A DNA stretch of 64,000 nt, taken from positions 2,851 through 66,850 of the forward strand of contig JBCDGH010000001.1 in the NCBI GenBank assembly GCA_038751365.1. The letters are read 5' to 3'. A model generated the notes under the pieces. That model saw only the letters and a list, made by a program, of their open reading frames with translations, did not search any database and was not told the origin of the DNA. A program made the translations under genes and the position numbers. Each line of letters starts with the position of its first letter. Positions within the stretch are counted from its first letter, which is position 1. Source of the stretch: Patescibacteria group bacterium (GTDB lineage Bacteria > Patescibacteriota > JACMRA01). This document shows positions 39,174-48,971 of this stretch, piece after piece.

Positions 39174-39989
39174 ATGAGTTCGAATGAATACACTGAGCTA
39201 AAGTCTGCCTCAGTTTGGATTTTTAGGAAATATTTAGATTTAGAAAAAATTTTAGATGATAGCTTAGAAAGTTATGAATTGAGTCATAGTGTAGATTCTC
39301 TGTATAAATTCTTATGGGATTACTATGCTAATTGGTATGTAGAGTATCTCAAGACAGACGATACTCAGCTTAATTTCTCCAAAGAATTGTTTAAGCAATA
39401 TATTGTTACACTATCACCATATTTACCTTTCGAGACGGAAGTCTTGTGGTCAGAGTTTTTTAAGGAAACCACTTTGCTAGCAAAAGAAATCAAGGACTAT
39501 AATTGGTCAAAACACGTGTTAGAGCTTTTAAATAAAAATCTAGATAAAGCAGATGAATTTGAGAACGTAATTCAATTCATTGAAAGTCTTAGGTCTATGA
39601 GAGGATTGTTTGCTATAGACCCAGCTAATTACATCCAGCTTTTTAGCACTGATTCGGTTCTTAACCAATATTCTGAGTTCATTAAATTGGTTGGGCGAGC
39701 CGAAATTGTGAATCAGGAGCGAGAGAATTTGTATACGATTCATAGTGGTCAAATAGTTTGTACAGTAAATATTTTTGAATACATAAAAGACCGTCAAGCT
39801 GAAATTGTAAGAACCCAAAAAATTATTAAGAGCTTAAGCAAGCAAATAGTCAGTCTTGAAACACAACTGAATAATCAAAAATTTATTGAAAAGGCGGAGT
39901 CCGAAGTCATCCAGGAGAAAAGGCAGAGTTTAACTGATCGTCAAATGGATTTAAAACAGCAAGAAGATAAGCTAAAAGTTTTAAATTAG
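39174..39989 (+). CDS. Stand-alone ValRS C-terminal fragment (anticodon-binding domain plus C-terminal coiled coil)
   Basis: SASVWIFRKY..SYELSHSVDSLYKFLWDYYANWYVEYLK..LSPYLPFETEVLW aligns with E. coli ValRS [46 protein letters not shown]. The tail NNQKFIEKAESEVIQEKRQSL resembles [20 protein letters not shown]. An in-frame TAG at 39165-39167 precludes any upstream extension. Confidence 0.75.
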   Translation: MSSNEYTELKSASVWIFRKYLDLEKILDDSLESYELSHSVDSLYKFLWDYYANWYVEYLKTDDTQLNFSKELFKQYIVTLSPYLPFETEVLWSEFFKETTLLAKEIKDYNWSKHVLELLNKNLDKADEFENVIQFIESLRSMRGLFAIDPANYIQLFSTDSVLNQYSEFIKLVGRAEIVNQERENLYTIHSGQIVCTVNIFEYIKDRQAEIVRTQKIIKSLSKQIVSLETQLNNQKFIEKAESEVIQEKRQSLTDRQMDLKQQEDKLKVLN

Positions 39990-40150
39990 AGGTGAAAATA
40001 ATTGTTTAAGATTTACGACTTTCACTTAGATATACTGCCGATTAGGTTATCTCAAGTGTTGACTTATTAAACATACTGTGCTTCATTCACACTACTCTAT
40101 CAATATTGGTAGATAATTCGTAGTACCTAATAAAATAAGAGGAAAATCAG

Positions 40151-40723
40151 ATGAGATTCTCTTCAGAAGAAGTAAACGAAATCAAATTTGCTGATGGTAG
40201 TGATCTTAGTATTGGTGAATTTACGCATAGTGAGGAGGTTACACTCCCAATTCTGATAGTAGCCGCTTGTAGAGTGAAGCCACATCCATATTTATTAAAT
40301 CAACATGTTACGCTCGATCTAATAAGCCAACATGGTGAATGGGGTAAATCCAATATAATCAGGTTAGAGGAAAAGGTAAATATTGATGATAAAATACTGT
40401 TTCAAATTAGACCTGGGCAAAAACACCCTTCCCATGTAAGCAAAAAAGAGCCAGAACGAACATCTTTAATATATCTCGAATTTGATAAAATAAACGATAG
40501 TTCTTATGAGCTTAGAGCAGCTTATCCACGGTCAAAATACGATCCTGGAGAAGAGCCGATATCTCCACATATTGATCCGTTTTGTGAAGAAGGGAGGGTA
40601 GAAAGAGATTTGTGTTTAGAGAAATGGTGTAATTATGCTTATCCATATAACAGCGAGGTAGATAGTTTTACTTCCTCATGGAAAGAAGTTATTAATGAAT
40701 ATGGTGATGAATATCATTGGTAA
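40151..40723 (+). CDS. Hypothetical protein
   Basis: AAGAGGA SD 8 nt upstream of the ATG and a hairpin/T-run downstream. No recognised domain. Confidence 0.5.
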   Translation: MRFSSEEVNEIKFADGSDLSIGEFTHSEEVTLPILIVAACRVKPHPYLLNQHVTLDLISQHGEWGKSNIIRLEEKVNIDDKILFQIRPGQKHPSHVSKKEPERTSLIYLEFDKINDSSYELRAAYPRSKYDPGEEPISPHIDPFCEEGRVERDLCLEKWCNYAYPYNSEVDSFTSSWKEVINEYGDEYHW

Positions 40724-40748
40724 TCCTTGCGATTAGTTTTTCTTTTTG

Positions 40749-40785
40749 ACTGTCTTTCTTTATATTGAAGGCAGTTTTCTTTTAT
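40749..40785 (+). terminator. Probable intrinsic terminator
   Basis: ACTGTCTTT / GAAGGCAGT stem (two G-U pairs), 9-nt loop, then TTTCTTTTAT. Confidence 0.4.
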
Positions 40786-40848
40786 GGTGGGTTAATACTG
40801 ATAACTAAATCTTGTATTTATTCAGTTCTTATTGACAAAAGCCATTGA

Positions 40849-42828
40849 ATGCTTGATTTTTCGGGTATGTCAACAAACTATGGAGCGTCAAATATCACTG
40901 TACTTGAAGGTTTAGAAGCGGTGAGAAAAAGACCTGGAATGTATATCGGAAATACAGGCAAGGAGGGTCTACATAGATGTCTTGGAGAAATTCTGGATAA
41001 CTCTGTAGACGAATATATGGCTGGGCATGCTACTACCATAAAAGTATTAGTACGAAATGACACTTCCATTTTAATTAGTGATGACGGCAGAGGAATACCT
41101 ACAGATATTCATGCCAAAACTGGAAAAAGTGCTGTCGAGACTATAATGACAGTTTTACACGCAGGCGGAAAATTTGACCAGGCTAATTATCAGTTTTCAG
41201 GAGGATTGCACGGTGTAGGCGCTAGTGTAGTTAATGCTTTATCAGAGAAAATGCAGATTTGGGTACTCAGAGATAAAAAAGTACATTACATACCCTTTTC
41301 CAAAGGTAAGGTAACGGCTAAAATGATCGACTTTGAGTCAGATTTATTAGCTAGTAAATTTCCTGAGATTATAGAGCATTTAGTTTGGGACAAGTCAGGC
41401 ACTGTTACTACTTTCTGGCCTGATAAAACTATGTTCGAAACTACATCTTTTAATGTTAAAGAGATTGAAGAGAATCTTAAACAAACTGCTTATCTAAACA
41501 AAGGTATTAAAATTATTTTTGAAGTCGAAGCAGCAGACGGCACCAGTAACTTGCAAGAATTTTGTTACCCTAAAGGTATCTTTACTTTTTTGGAAGATGT
41601 GACTAAAGGTGAAAGCTTACAGACACCAATTATCCACCTAGAAGCTAAAACAGATAACTTTCAGATGGAACTAGCCATGACATACAGCAGTGACTATAAC
41701 GAAAGACTGTTTGCTTTTACTAACGGAATTATCAATCCAGAAGGTGGTGCTCATGTAACCGGTTTTAAATCCGCTTTGACTAAGTTAATCAATAACTATG
41801 CTTCATCCAAGAATTACTTCAAAAAAGACGAAAGATTTACAAGCGATGATCTGAAAGAAGGGGTTAGAGTAGTCTTATCTATTAAGATGACTGATCCACA
41901 GTTTACTTCACAGTCAAAAGTAAAATTAGGTTCAACTATAGCTAGAACAATTACTGACAGGATGGTTACTGAGAGATTAGGTACTTTTTTAGAAGAAAAT
42001 CCTAGTGTGGGAGCTTCTGTAGTACAAAAAGCCCAGCTAGCTATGAAAGCACGCTTGGCAGCTAAGTCTGCACGGGATAATATTCTCAGAAAAGGGGTGT
42101 TAGACAGTATGGCACTACCTGGAAAACTAGCAGATTGTAGTGAAAAAGATCCCGAAAAAAGTGAAATATTTATTGTAGAAGGAGATTCTGCGGGAGGAAG
42201 CGCAAAACAAGGTAGAGATAGAAATACTCAAGCAATTTTACCCCTCAGAGGGAAAGTTTTGAACACAGAAAAGGCAACTTTAGATAGAATCCTTAATTAT
42301 GAAGGCATTAAAAACATGATAATTGCTTTTGGTACTGGTATCGGCGACAAATTTGATATTGATAAATTACGTTATCACAAAATTGTACTGATGACAGATG
42401 CTGATGTAGATGGTGCTCACATAACTACGCTTTTATTAACTTTCTTGTATAGATATATGCCCGTCTTGATCGAGGATGGTTACATTTATATGGCTAGACC
42501 ACCACTTTATAAGATACAATGGGGTAAAAAATTTGAGTACGTTTACTCCGATGTGGAAAAGGAAGCTCTACTTAAACGAGTAAATTCAGCTAATCCGGAT
42601 AAAGACATAAAGTTTGAGATTCAAAGATATAAAGGTTTAGGGGAGATGAACCCCGAGCAACTATGGGAAACCACCATGAACCCAGTTTCAAGAATGTTGT
42701 ACCAAGTTACAGTAGGCGAAGCGGCTATTGCTGATAAAGTATTTGAGGATCTTATGGGAAGCGAAGTAGAACCTAGGAAGAAATTTATTGATGAAAACGC
42801 TATCTTTGCTGATGTAGACATGGTTTAG
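40849..42828 (+). CDS. gyrB: DNA gyrase subunit B
   Basis: LEGLEAVRKRPGMYIG, EILDNSVDE, GGLHGVGASVVNALS, EGDSAGGSAKQGRDR, PLRGKVLN and LMTDADVDGAHI. The start may be the ATG at 40867 instead. Confidence 0.9.
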   Translation: MLDFSGMSTNYGASNITVLEGLEAVRKRPGMYIGNTGKEGLHRCLGEILDNSVDEYMAGHATTIKVLVRNDTSILISDDGRGIPTDIHAKTGKSAVETIMTVLHAGGKFDQANYQFSGGLHGVGASVVNALSEKMQIWVLRDKKVHYIPFSKGKVTAKMIDFESDLLASKFPEIIEHLVWDKSGTVTTFWPDKTMFETTSFNVKEIEENLKQTAYLNKGIKIIFEVEAADGTSNLQEFCYPKGIFTFLEDVTKGESLQTPIIHLEAKTDNFQMELAMTYSSDYNERLFAFTNGIINPEGGAHVTGFKSALTKLINNYASSKNYFKKDERFTSDDLKEGVRVVLSIKMTDPQFTSQSKVKLGSTIARTITDRMVTERLGTFLEENPSVGASVVQKAQLAMKARLAAKSARDNILRKGVLDSMALPGKLADCSEKDPEKSEIFIVEGDSAGGSAKQGRDRNTQAILPLRGKVLNTEKATLDRILNYEGIKNMIIAFGTGIGDKFDIDKLRYHKIVLMTDADVDGAHITTLLLTFLYRYMPVLIEDGYIYMARPPLYKIQWGKKFEYVYSDVEKEALLKRVNSANPDKDIKFEIQRYKGLGEMNPEQLWETTMNPVSRMLYQVTVGEAAIADKVFEDLMGSEVEPRKKFIDENAIFADVDMV

Positions 42829-42844
42829 ACCAAAGCTATTTTTT

Positions 42845-43300
42845 ATGAATGAAGGTTCTGGAGCTTTTTTATTATTTTCAAACGGTCTTGTGGGTCTGCA
42901 GTTAAAAGATAATTTAGACTACCTATCTGACAAGTGGTGTGTATCGGCTTTTGGTGGAGGTTTTGAGCAAGGTGAAGATCAGCTAACGTGTTTAAAAAGA
43001 GAGCTTTACGAAGAGTTACAAATAAAGAATGTAGCTGATAGTCAGATTGTTAAGGTGGGAGACTATGAAGCTAAACTTAAAGAAAATCAAATTGTTTTAG
43101 CTCATCAGTTTATTATTGTCGGTTTAGATATGAACCTTCTTAAACCCTCTGAAGGAAATCTATGTATTATTGATCCAAATAGTAATATCAACGGTGAAAA
43201 TTTAAGAATTGGTGAAATTGCTGAACACTATTATTACGACACTATTAAGATGTGTATCTCACTTCACAAAAAATATATTCTAAACGGTTCCTATAAATAA
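42845..43300 (+). CDS. Nudix hydrolase
   Basis: Nudix box GGGFEQGEDQLTCLKRELYEELQI. Confidence 0.7.
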   Translation: MNEGSGAFLLFSNGLVGLQLKDNLDYLSDKWCVSAFGGGFEQGEDQLTCLKRELYEELQIKNVADSQIVKVGDYEAKLKENQIVLAHQFIIVGLDMNLLKPSEGNLCIIDPNSNINGENLRIGEIAEHYYYDTIKMCISLHKKYILNGSYK

Positions 43301-43304
43301 GACT

Positions 43305-44546
43305 TTAGTTGATATCCGCACACTCTTTACCTACCTCACATACAAAGACTCTTTTGGGTATTCTAAAGTCAATATAGCTTATTTGACCAGTCTCTAGCTT
43401 GTCTTCAATTGAGTTGTTTCTAATGCTTGTGTTGATAACCGATTTAATCCTTTTAAGCTGGTTGTCGCTGGTCATGGCTGTTGAATCGAATAATAATCTA
43501 ACCCCACTCGCCGTTCTGATTTCTACATCAGTATCAAGTAAACTTGGTAGAGAAGTCCTGCTCAAAGAAATATTTAGCTCTTCAAATACACCCCATAGCC
43601 AAGCAACAAACCAAAACCTGTTTAGTTGTTCAGTGTTTTCTTCTAACGGATAGTCTTTGAGGCTCATACCTGATCGGTCAAAAGAGATAATTCTATCTAC
43701 TTCCACTACGTTTTCTCGCAAATTTAAATTATCTTCTGTCAGCACCTTGCCTTCTTGGCTAATTCTCCAGTATTTTTTTTCTGTGTTTTCTACAACCCCT
43801 AAAGTAATTAGAATAGGTTCGGTAGTAATTTTTAATGATACTTTGTTTGGCCAGTTTCGCTCTACTACATCTACCGATTTTATTTCTGGTACAAATCTTT
43901 TAGCTTGCTGAGTCAAAATATAATCGTTGATATACCAGTAGCTATTACTTGGCAAAACTCCAAAAGTCTTCGATTGCCTGATATTTTGAATTAGAGAATT
44001 AACCTGCTTATCATTTAAGTAAGATTTATCTTCAAAAGACACTGCATAGGATTTAACCAAAAAAAATCTATCAAAAAAAGAAATGTAAGCAAAACCAACA
44101 AAAGAACTAAAAATTACCAGCAGGGCCAATATTTTGTTAAAGTATTCGAGTAATCCCCATTTAATGACATAAAATTTTAGATTTTTCCAAATATTTCTGA
44201 AGTCAAATATGTTAGTACTTCTGCCGACTAAATTTAGATTCTTGTAACCAAAAGAAAACTTTTTCGCTGAACCTAGTTTAATCTTATTTTTAACTTTGTC
44301 TTTAATTAGATGATCGTTGTTTGGTTTAAATACTTTGAAATTGTCATTTTTTTTGCTAAAACTACTTTTTTTGCTAAGCCCAGGTCGGTAATAAGGGCTA
44401 CGATTTGATTTTATACTGTTTAGGTCTTTATACTGCTTACTTATAGTAAGTTTATGAAATATTCTGGCAAAAAAACCTTTGCCACTAGCTCGGGACGCTA
44501 ACTTCTGAGAATAGCTTGATGCTTTCTTGGAGTTAGTAAAAATCAT
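43305..44546 (-). CDS. FtsQ/DivIB-like cell-division protein with extended basic N-terminus
   Basis: Single TM (ILALLVIFSSFVGFAYISFF), then POTRA-like segments (VKSYAVSFED..., VPEIKSVDVVERNWPNKVSLKITTEPILITLG). Confidence 0.5.
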   Translation of the reverse strand: MIFTNSKKASSYSQKLASRASGKGFFARIFHKLTISKQYKDLNSIKSNRSPYYRPGLSKKSSFSKKNDNFKVFKPNNDHLIKDKVKNKIKLGSAKKFSFGYKNLNLVGRSTNIFDFRNIWKNLKFYVIKWGLLEYFNKILALLVIFSSFVGFAYISFFDRFFLVKSYAVSFEDKSYLNDKQVNSLIQNIRQSKTFGVLPSNSYWYINDYILTQQAKRFVPEIKSVDVVERNWPNKVSLKITTEPILITLGVVENTEKKYWRISQEGKVLTEDNLNLRENVVEVDRIISFDRSGMSLKDYPLEENTEQLNRFWFVAWLWGVFEELNISLSRTSLPSLLDTDVEIRTASGVRLLFDSTAMTSDNQLKRIKSVINTSIRNNSIEDKLETGQISYIDFRIPKRVFVCEVGKECADIN

Positions 44547-44574
44547 ACACTAATTTATATTATCTTACCCTTTG

Positions 44575-45717
44575 TTAGTCAACTATGCCGTACTCAGACC
44601 ACCAATATTTGAAGCTGTCATTCTCAATGTGCTTTCTTATCTGATCCATCAAATCAAAATAAAATTCTAAATTGTGGAGTGTTGCTAATCTATATGCAAG
44701 TAATTCTTTTGCCCTAAATAGATGGCATAAGTAAGCTTTAGAGTAGGTTTTTAGTATATTAAGTTTTGAATTTGGATTGATGGGGCTAAAATCAAACAAA
44801 AAAGCTGAGGAGGTTATATTTATTTTTTTATAGCTTTTATTAGAGGTTTTGACTAATAGAGAACCGTGTCGCGCATTCCGAGTTGGGTAAACGCAGTCAA
44901 ACATATCTATCCCTCTAGCTACCATTTCAACAATATCTTTGGGAGTGCCTACGCCTAATAAGTGTCTAGGTTTGTACTCTTCAAGAATTTCAGTTTGGGC
45001 TAGCACTTGTGAATACATTATTTCCTGAGGTTCACCCCCATTTGCTACACCACCTATAGAGTAGCCAGGTAAATCTAGCTCCATCGTTAACCTAGCAGAC
45101 TCCTTTCTGAGGTGAGTAAACTGAGCTCCTTGAGGTATGCCAAATAACAAATTTTGATGCAAATACTGTTGACGTAATAATTCAAAAGCTATTTTGCTTC
45201 TTTTTGCCCACCTGTATGTGCGTTCCATAGCTTTTTTGGCTTGTGACTCGCTTACTTCAGCCGCTAATGCTTGATCCAAAACTAAAGCAATATCTGAGCC
45301 CAAGATAGTTTGAATTTTCATAGATTTTTCAGGACTCAAAAATTTGGTGTCACCGTTTTTAGGTACTCTAAATCTAACTCCCTCTTCGCTAAACTTGCTT
45401 ATTTTACTTAGACTAAAGGCTTGGAAGCCTCCTGAATCAGTTAAAATTGGTTTTCTCCAGGTATTAAAGCTATGCAAACCTTCAGCTTTCTGCAATATTT
45501 CTAAGCCAGGTTGTAACCACAGATGGTAGGTGTTGCCTAGGATTATCTGTGCACCTAATTGTTGCATTTCATCCATAGATAATGACTTTATACTACCCAG
45601 TGTCCCAATTGGCATAAATACAGGAGTTTTGACAGTACCATGGGGTAGTTGTAACATTCCTCCACGTGCTTTTGTAGTCGAGCAAGTATAATCAATGTCA
45701 AAAATTTTTCTAGCCAT
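44575..45717 (-). CDS. tgt: tRNA-guanine transglycosylase (queuine tRNA-ribosyltransferase)
   Basis: ARGGMLQLPHGTVKTPVFMPIGT, LGNTYHL, TDSGGFQ, GIPQG, GYSIGG and CVYPTRNARHG. Confidence 0.9.
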   Translation of the reverse strand: MARKIFDIDYTCSTTKARGGMLQLPHGTVKTPVFMPIGTLGSIKSLSMDEMQQLGAQIILGNTYHLWLQPGLEILQKAEGLHSFNTWRKPILTDSGGFQAFSLSKISKFSEEGVRFRVPKNGDTKFLSPEKSMKIQTILGSDIALVLDQALAAEVSESQAKKAMERTYRWAKRSKIAFELLRQQYLHQNLLFGIPQGAQFTHLRKESARLTMELDLPGYSIGGVANGGEPQEIMYSQVLAQTEILEEYKPRHLLGVGTPKDIVEMVARGIDMFDCVYPTRNARHGSLLVKTSNKSYKKINITSSAFLFDFSPINPNSKLNILKTYSKAYLCHLFRAKELLAYRLATLHNLEFYFDLMDQIRKHIENDSFKYWWSEYGIVD

Positions 45718-45774
45718 CTTAACTTAAGATTCAATAATCCCTTTATTTAGTCAAAACGATAGCTTATAAATCAA

Positions 45775-47505
45775 TCAGAATTCGAGATATAATCTTCTTG
45801 ATTCAAGGTTGGTTAGCTCAGCACTATCTTCAATATACAGCTTTAAAAAATTAATTAGATCATTTAGAGAATCTACTGCAATCTCACTACCACTTTGATA
45901 GGCTGAAATCTGTGAGTTAGGGTTAAGGTTGTTTGCCTGCATTATTACTCTAAGCTCGTCTCGTGCCCTTAGTCTTTCATCAGTATTTTGCCTTATAAAT
46001 TCAATACTATTTTCTAGATTGCGAGCGAAGATTACTTGATCTCTACTATTTACAAAGTCTGTGTTTATCACTATGCCAGCTAAAGGGAATTCGTTGAAGA
46101 TTGAATCGCTAGCTAGAGTTTGGTCTGGGTTTAGTCGTTGTTTGCCAACAATATTTTCGAGTTCGGTGACATAAGGTTCAATCATTAAAAGTGTATGAAT
46201 ATCACCTGAGGAAAATGCTTGAGTAAGGCTGTTCGGATCATTACTAGTAACATATTCAATTGAGCTAGTGCGTACTTTTTTGTTGAACAAAAATAAATCG
46301 AGACCTTGCTTAATTATGGGATTGTTCGGAAAATAACCTACTTTTTGGTTATTGGTATCACTGAGGTCATTAACGCTTTGACTCTGGCTAATTAAAAAAA
46401 GGTTAGGGTGGTTAGGTAATTCAATGATTTGAGATACAATTTTAAGGTTTTTTGACTTGATAGCTCCACTGATTACATTTGGCATATCGCTGTAGCCGCC
46501 AATATAACCTTTCTCAGCCAAGATCGTATCCATTACTTGAGCCCCTGATCCCAGATACTTTATTTTTATAGGAAATTCCGAGTTAAATTTCTCTTGATAT
46601 ACAATTAAAGGTAGGTTGGCTGTAGCTCTATATGTAAATACTGTAAAACTTTTTGAATCACTCATTTCATGGTTATAAAAACTAAATATTATACTAAACA
46701 ATAAACTCAATAAGACTAACACTGCACAGCTAATTTTTAGCTTAGACCATCTAAGCCTACTTAAATAGTTTGCTAGTGTATATTCAAAAATAAAGGCTAA
46801 AAAAATAATCAGAACTACATAAGTATACAAAAAATCTGTTCTAAAAGTCTGTTGAAGCTGGGCTATTCTGACACCAAAGCCAAATTCAGCACCAACTATA
46901 ATTTCGCTGATAATACCTACACCAAAAGCCCAAATAACAATACTTGGGATTATCCGATAAGATAGTAGTAAAGTTATTGGTAAAATAAAGTGTTTAAACC
47001 TTCTAGTTTTTGTAAGATTCCATGACTTTTGTAGGTTTTGATATTGCCTTTCTTCTTTGTTGATTGTAACTATCAAGTAATTTAAATATAGAAATAAAGT
47101 AGTTAGGGAAATAACCGCAATCTTAGTTTGTTCACTAATTCCAAATATTAGGATAGATATTGGGATCATGATTGGCGCGGGCAAATATCTTAGTACTTGT
47201 TGAATTCTGCTGATAATGAAGTGAGCTTTAGGTACAAGGGTAGTCAGAAAAATAAGTAGATAAGAGATAATAATTCCTAAAGATATACCTATGACTATTC
47301 TGGTATAGCTAAATGTAAGGTCTGCTACGAATATCTTTAAAAAATCTGTTGTTCTAACACTCTGTAGAATCAAGCTAGGGCTCGTAAAAAAACTATGATT
47401 AACTAAATTGACTACAGATAATAATTCCCAAAGTAGTAATGTTAAAGACCAAAAAATGAAATTTTTTACTGTCCCGTTTAGATAGTTTTGGTATTTCAGT
47501 TTCAT
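45775..47505 (-). CDS. ABC transporter permease (NitT/TauT-like) fused to a C-terminal periplasmic substrate-binding-like domain
   Basis: About 6 TM helices with an EAA-like loop region, a further TM, then a soluble domain of about 300 aa. The ATPase gene lies 2 nt upstream. Confidence 0.6.
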   Translation of the reverse strand: MKLKYQNYLNGTVKNFIFWSLTLLLWELLSVVNLVNHSFFTSPSLILQSVRTTDFLKIFVADLTFSYTRIVIGISLGIIISYLLIFLTTLVPKAHFIISRIQQVLRYLPAPIMIPISILIFGISEQTKIAVISLTTLFLYLNYLIVTINKEERQYQNLQKSWNLTKTRRFKHFILPITLLLSYRIIPSIVIWAFGVGIISEIIVGAEFGFGVRIAQLQQTFRTDFLYTYVVLIIFLAFIFEYTLANYLSRLRWSKLKISCAVLVLLSLLFSIIFSFYNHEMSDSKSFTVFTYRATANLPLIVYQEKFNSEFPIKIKYLGSGAQVMDTILAEKGYIGGYSDMPNVISGAIKSKNLKIVSQIIELPNHPNLFLISQSQSVNDLSDTNNQKVGYFPNNPIIKQGLDLFLFNKKVRTSSIEYVTSNDPNSLTQAFSSGDIHTLLMIEPYVTELENIVGKQRLNPDQTLASDSIFNEFPLAGIVINTDFVNSRDQVIFARNLENSIEFIRQNTDERLRARDELRVIMQANNLNPNSQISAYQSGSEIAVDSLNDLINFLKLYIEDSAELTNLESRRLYLEF

Positions 47506-47507
47506 AG

Positions 47508-48206
47508 TTAATTCTTGAACCCTTTTTTATGAATTTGTAGTCTTGAGTCGTTTTTATGACTAAAGTTAAATACGTCTCCTGGTAATAAATCTAAGATCAT
47601 TGGGTTATGAGAAATGGAAATTAGCTTGAATTTGTACTTTTTTTGTTCTTGTAGCAGCCAAGTGGCAATTTCAGCTATCGTGCTTTGATCAAGTGCTGAA
47701 AATACCTCATCAAGTAACATATATTTTGGTTTGCTTAGCATTTCTCTAAATAGTATAAGCTTTTGAAGCTGACCTCCGCTGAGATTGTAAGCGTCATGAT
47801 ATTCTTCTGATGCGAGGTTTATATCCTTTAGCTTTACTTTAATTAATCTGTTTAGCCAATGTAATTGCTCACATATTTGGGACAGGTTATAGAGATCCTT
47901 GATCCTGGATGTGCCTGTGGCTAACATTAGATTCTTTTCAATACTGCACCACCAGAGCCAACTTTGTCTGTAGTTTTGATCTATATAAGAAAAACTCGTG
48001 TTTTGTGCCTTTAAATCCTCCAGAATAAATTTTAGAAAGGTACTTTTTCCTACTCCATTTTCACCCCAAAAATGATTAATATCACTTTCCAAATTAATAC
48101 TGAGATGATCTATTATCAAAGAAGGTGAAAGGTCTATAAAATATGGTCCAAAATGAGTAGTTAACGTTTTTTTGTGATTCATATATCTTAAAGCCAGTTT
48201 TATCAA
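47508..48206 (-). CDS. ABC transporter ATP-binding protein (divergent)
   Basis: GENGVGKSTFLK (Walker A), LSGGQLQKLILF (signature), MLLDEVFSALD (Walker B). Confidence 0.7.
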   Translation of the reverse strand: MIKLALRYMNHKKTLTTHFGPYFIDLSPSLIIDHLSINLESDINHFWGENGVGKSTFLKFILEDLKAQNTSFSYIDQNYRQSWLWWCSIEKNLMLATGTSRIKDLYNLSQICEQLHWLNRLIKVKLKDINLASEEYHDAYNLSGGQLQKLILFREMLSKPKYMLLDEVFSALDQSTIAEIATWLLQEQKKYKFKLISISHNPMILDLLPGDVFNFSHKNDSRLQIHKKGFKN

Positions 48207-48914
48207 CTATGATTCTTGTTTTTTTGAACCTTCAAATTTGACTACGAGATCTGACTTCTTTGTGCTTTGAATTAATATTTTGGAATTCTCTAAAACTATA
48301 TCTACGTTTAAAACTATAGGAGATTCTTCTGTCGCTTTAGGAATATTTATACCTAGTGTCTCAAGGTCATTAAGTAACTTTAATTTATTCTCAGGGCTCA
48401 CTCTTTGCCCACCTACTTCAAAATCTACTTCAAAATACGTACTCACAAAGTCAGAGCTGTTTTTATCAGTATTAGTCTCTATTTTGCCTTCTATCATAGA
48501 TAGCACTTTCGGATATTGATCATCAATTTTAAGACTTTCAAAACCAAGTAAATCTAAGTCTAAACCACTCGCTTCAAACCTGAAATCTTTATTTTCTTTA
48601 ATTTTTAGCTCACTCTTTGGAAATACTATCGCGTTTGTAATTAAACTTGCTCTGTTACCTACATAATGACCAGTAAAACTATTCGATGATGTGTCGATAG
48701 GGCTATTAATGCTTGGTAGACTGACAGCTTTCTCAACAACTGTATCATCTTCATTGACTTTAGTTTCTAATTCAGTGTTTGTTTCCGTATTATTATTTCT
48801 CTGACTTTGCCAAAAAGCTACTGTACCAACACCCAATATCGAGGTTAAGACTATTGCAATTACCAAGAAGTAGATACGTTTTTTGTTATAAGTTATTAGC
48901 TTACCCAAATTCAT
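48207..48914 (-). CDS. Membrane-anchored hypothetical protein, paralog of 48972..49700
   Basis: N-terminal TM. The segment GHYVGNRASLITNAIVFPKSELKIKENKDFRFEASGLDLDLLG...DDQYPKV parallels the neighbouring gene. Confidence 0.55.
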   Translation of the reverse strand: MNLGKLITYNKKRIYFLVIAIVLTSILGVGTVAFWQSQRNNNTETNTELETKVNEDDTVVEKAVSLPSINSPIDTSSNSFTGHYVGNRASLITNAIVFPKSELKIKENKDFRFEASGLDLDLLGFESLKIDDQYPKVLSMIEGKIETNTDKNSSDFVSTYFEVDFEVGGQRVSPENKLKLLNDLETLGINIPKATEESPIVLNVDIVLENSKILIQSTKKSDLVVKFEGSKKQES

Positions 48915-48971
48915 GATCAGATAGTAATAACTTAATTAATATCCGGTCAAGCTTTGGAAATAGGTGTTTAT

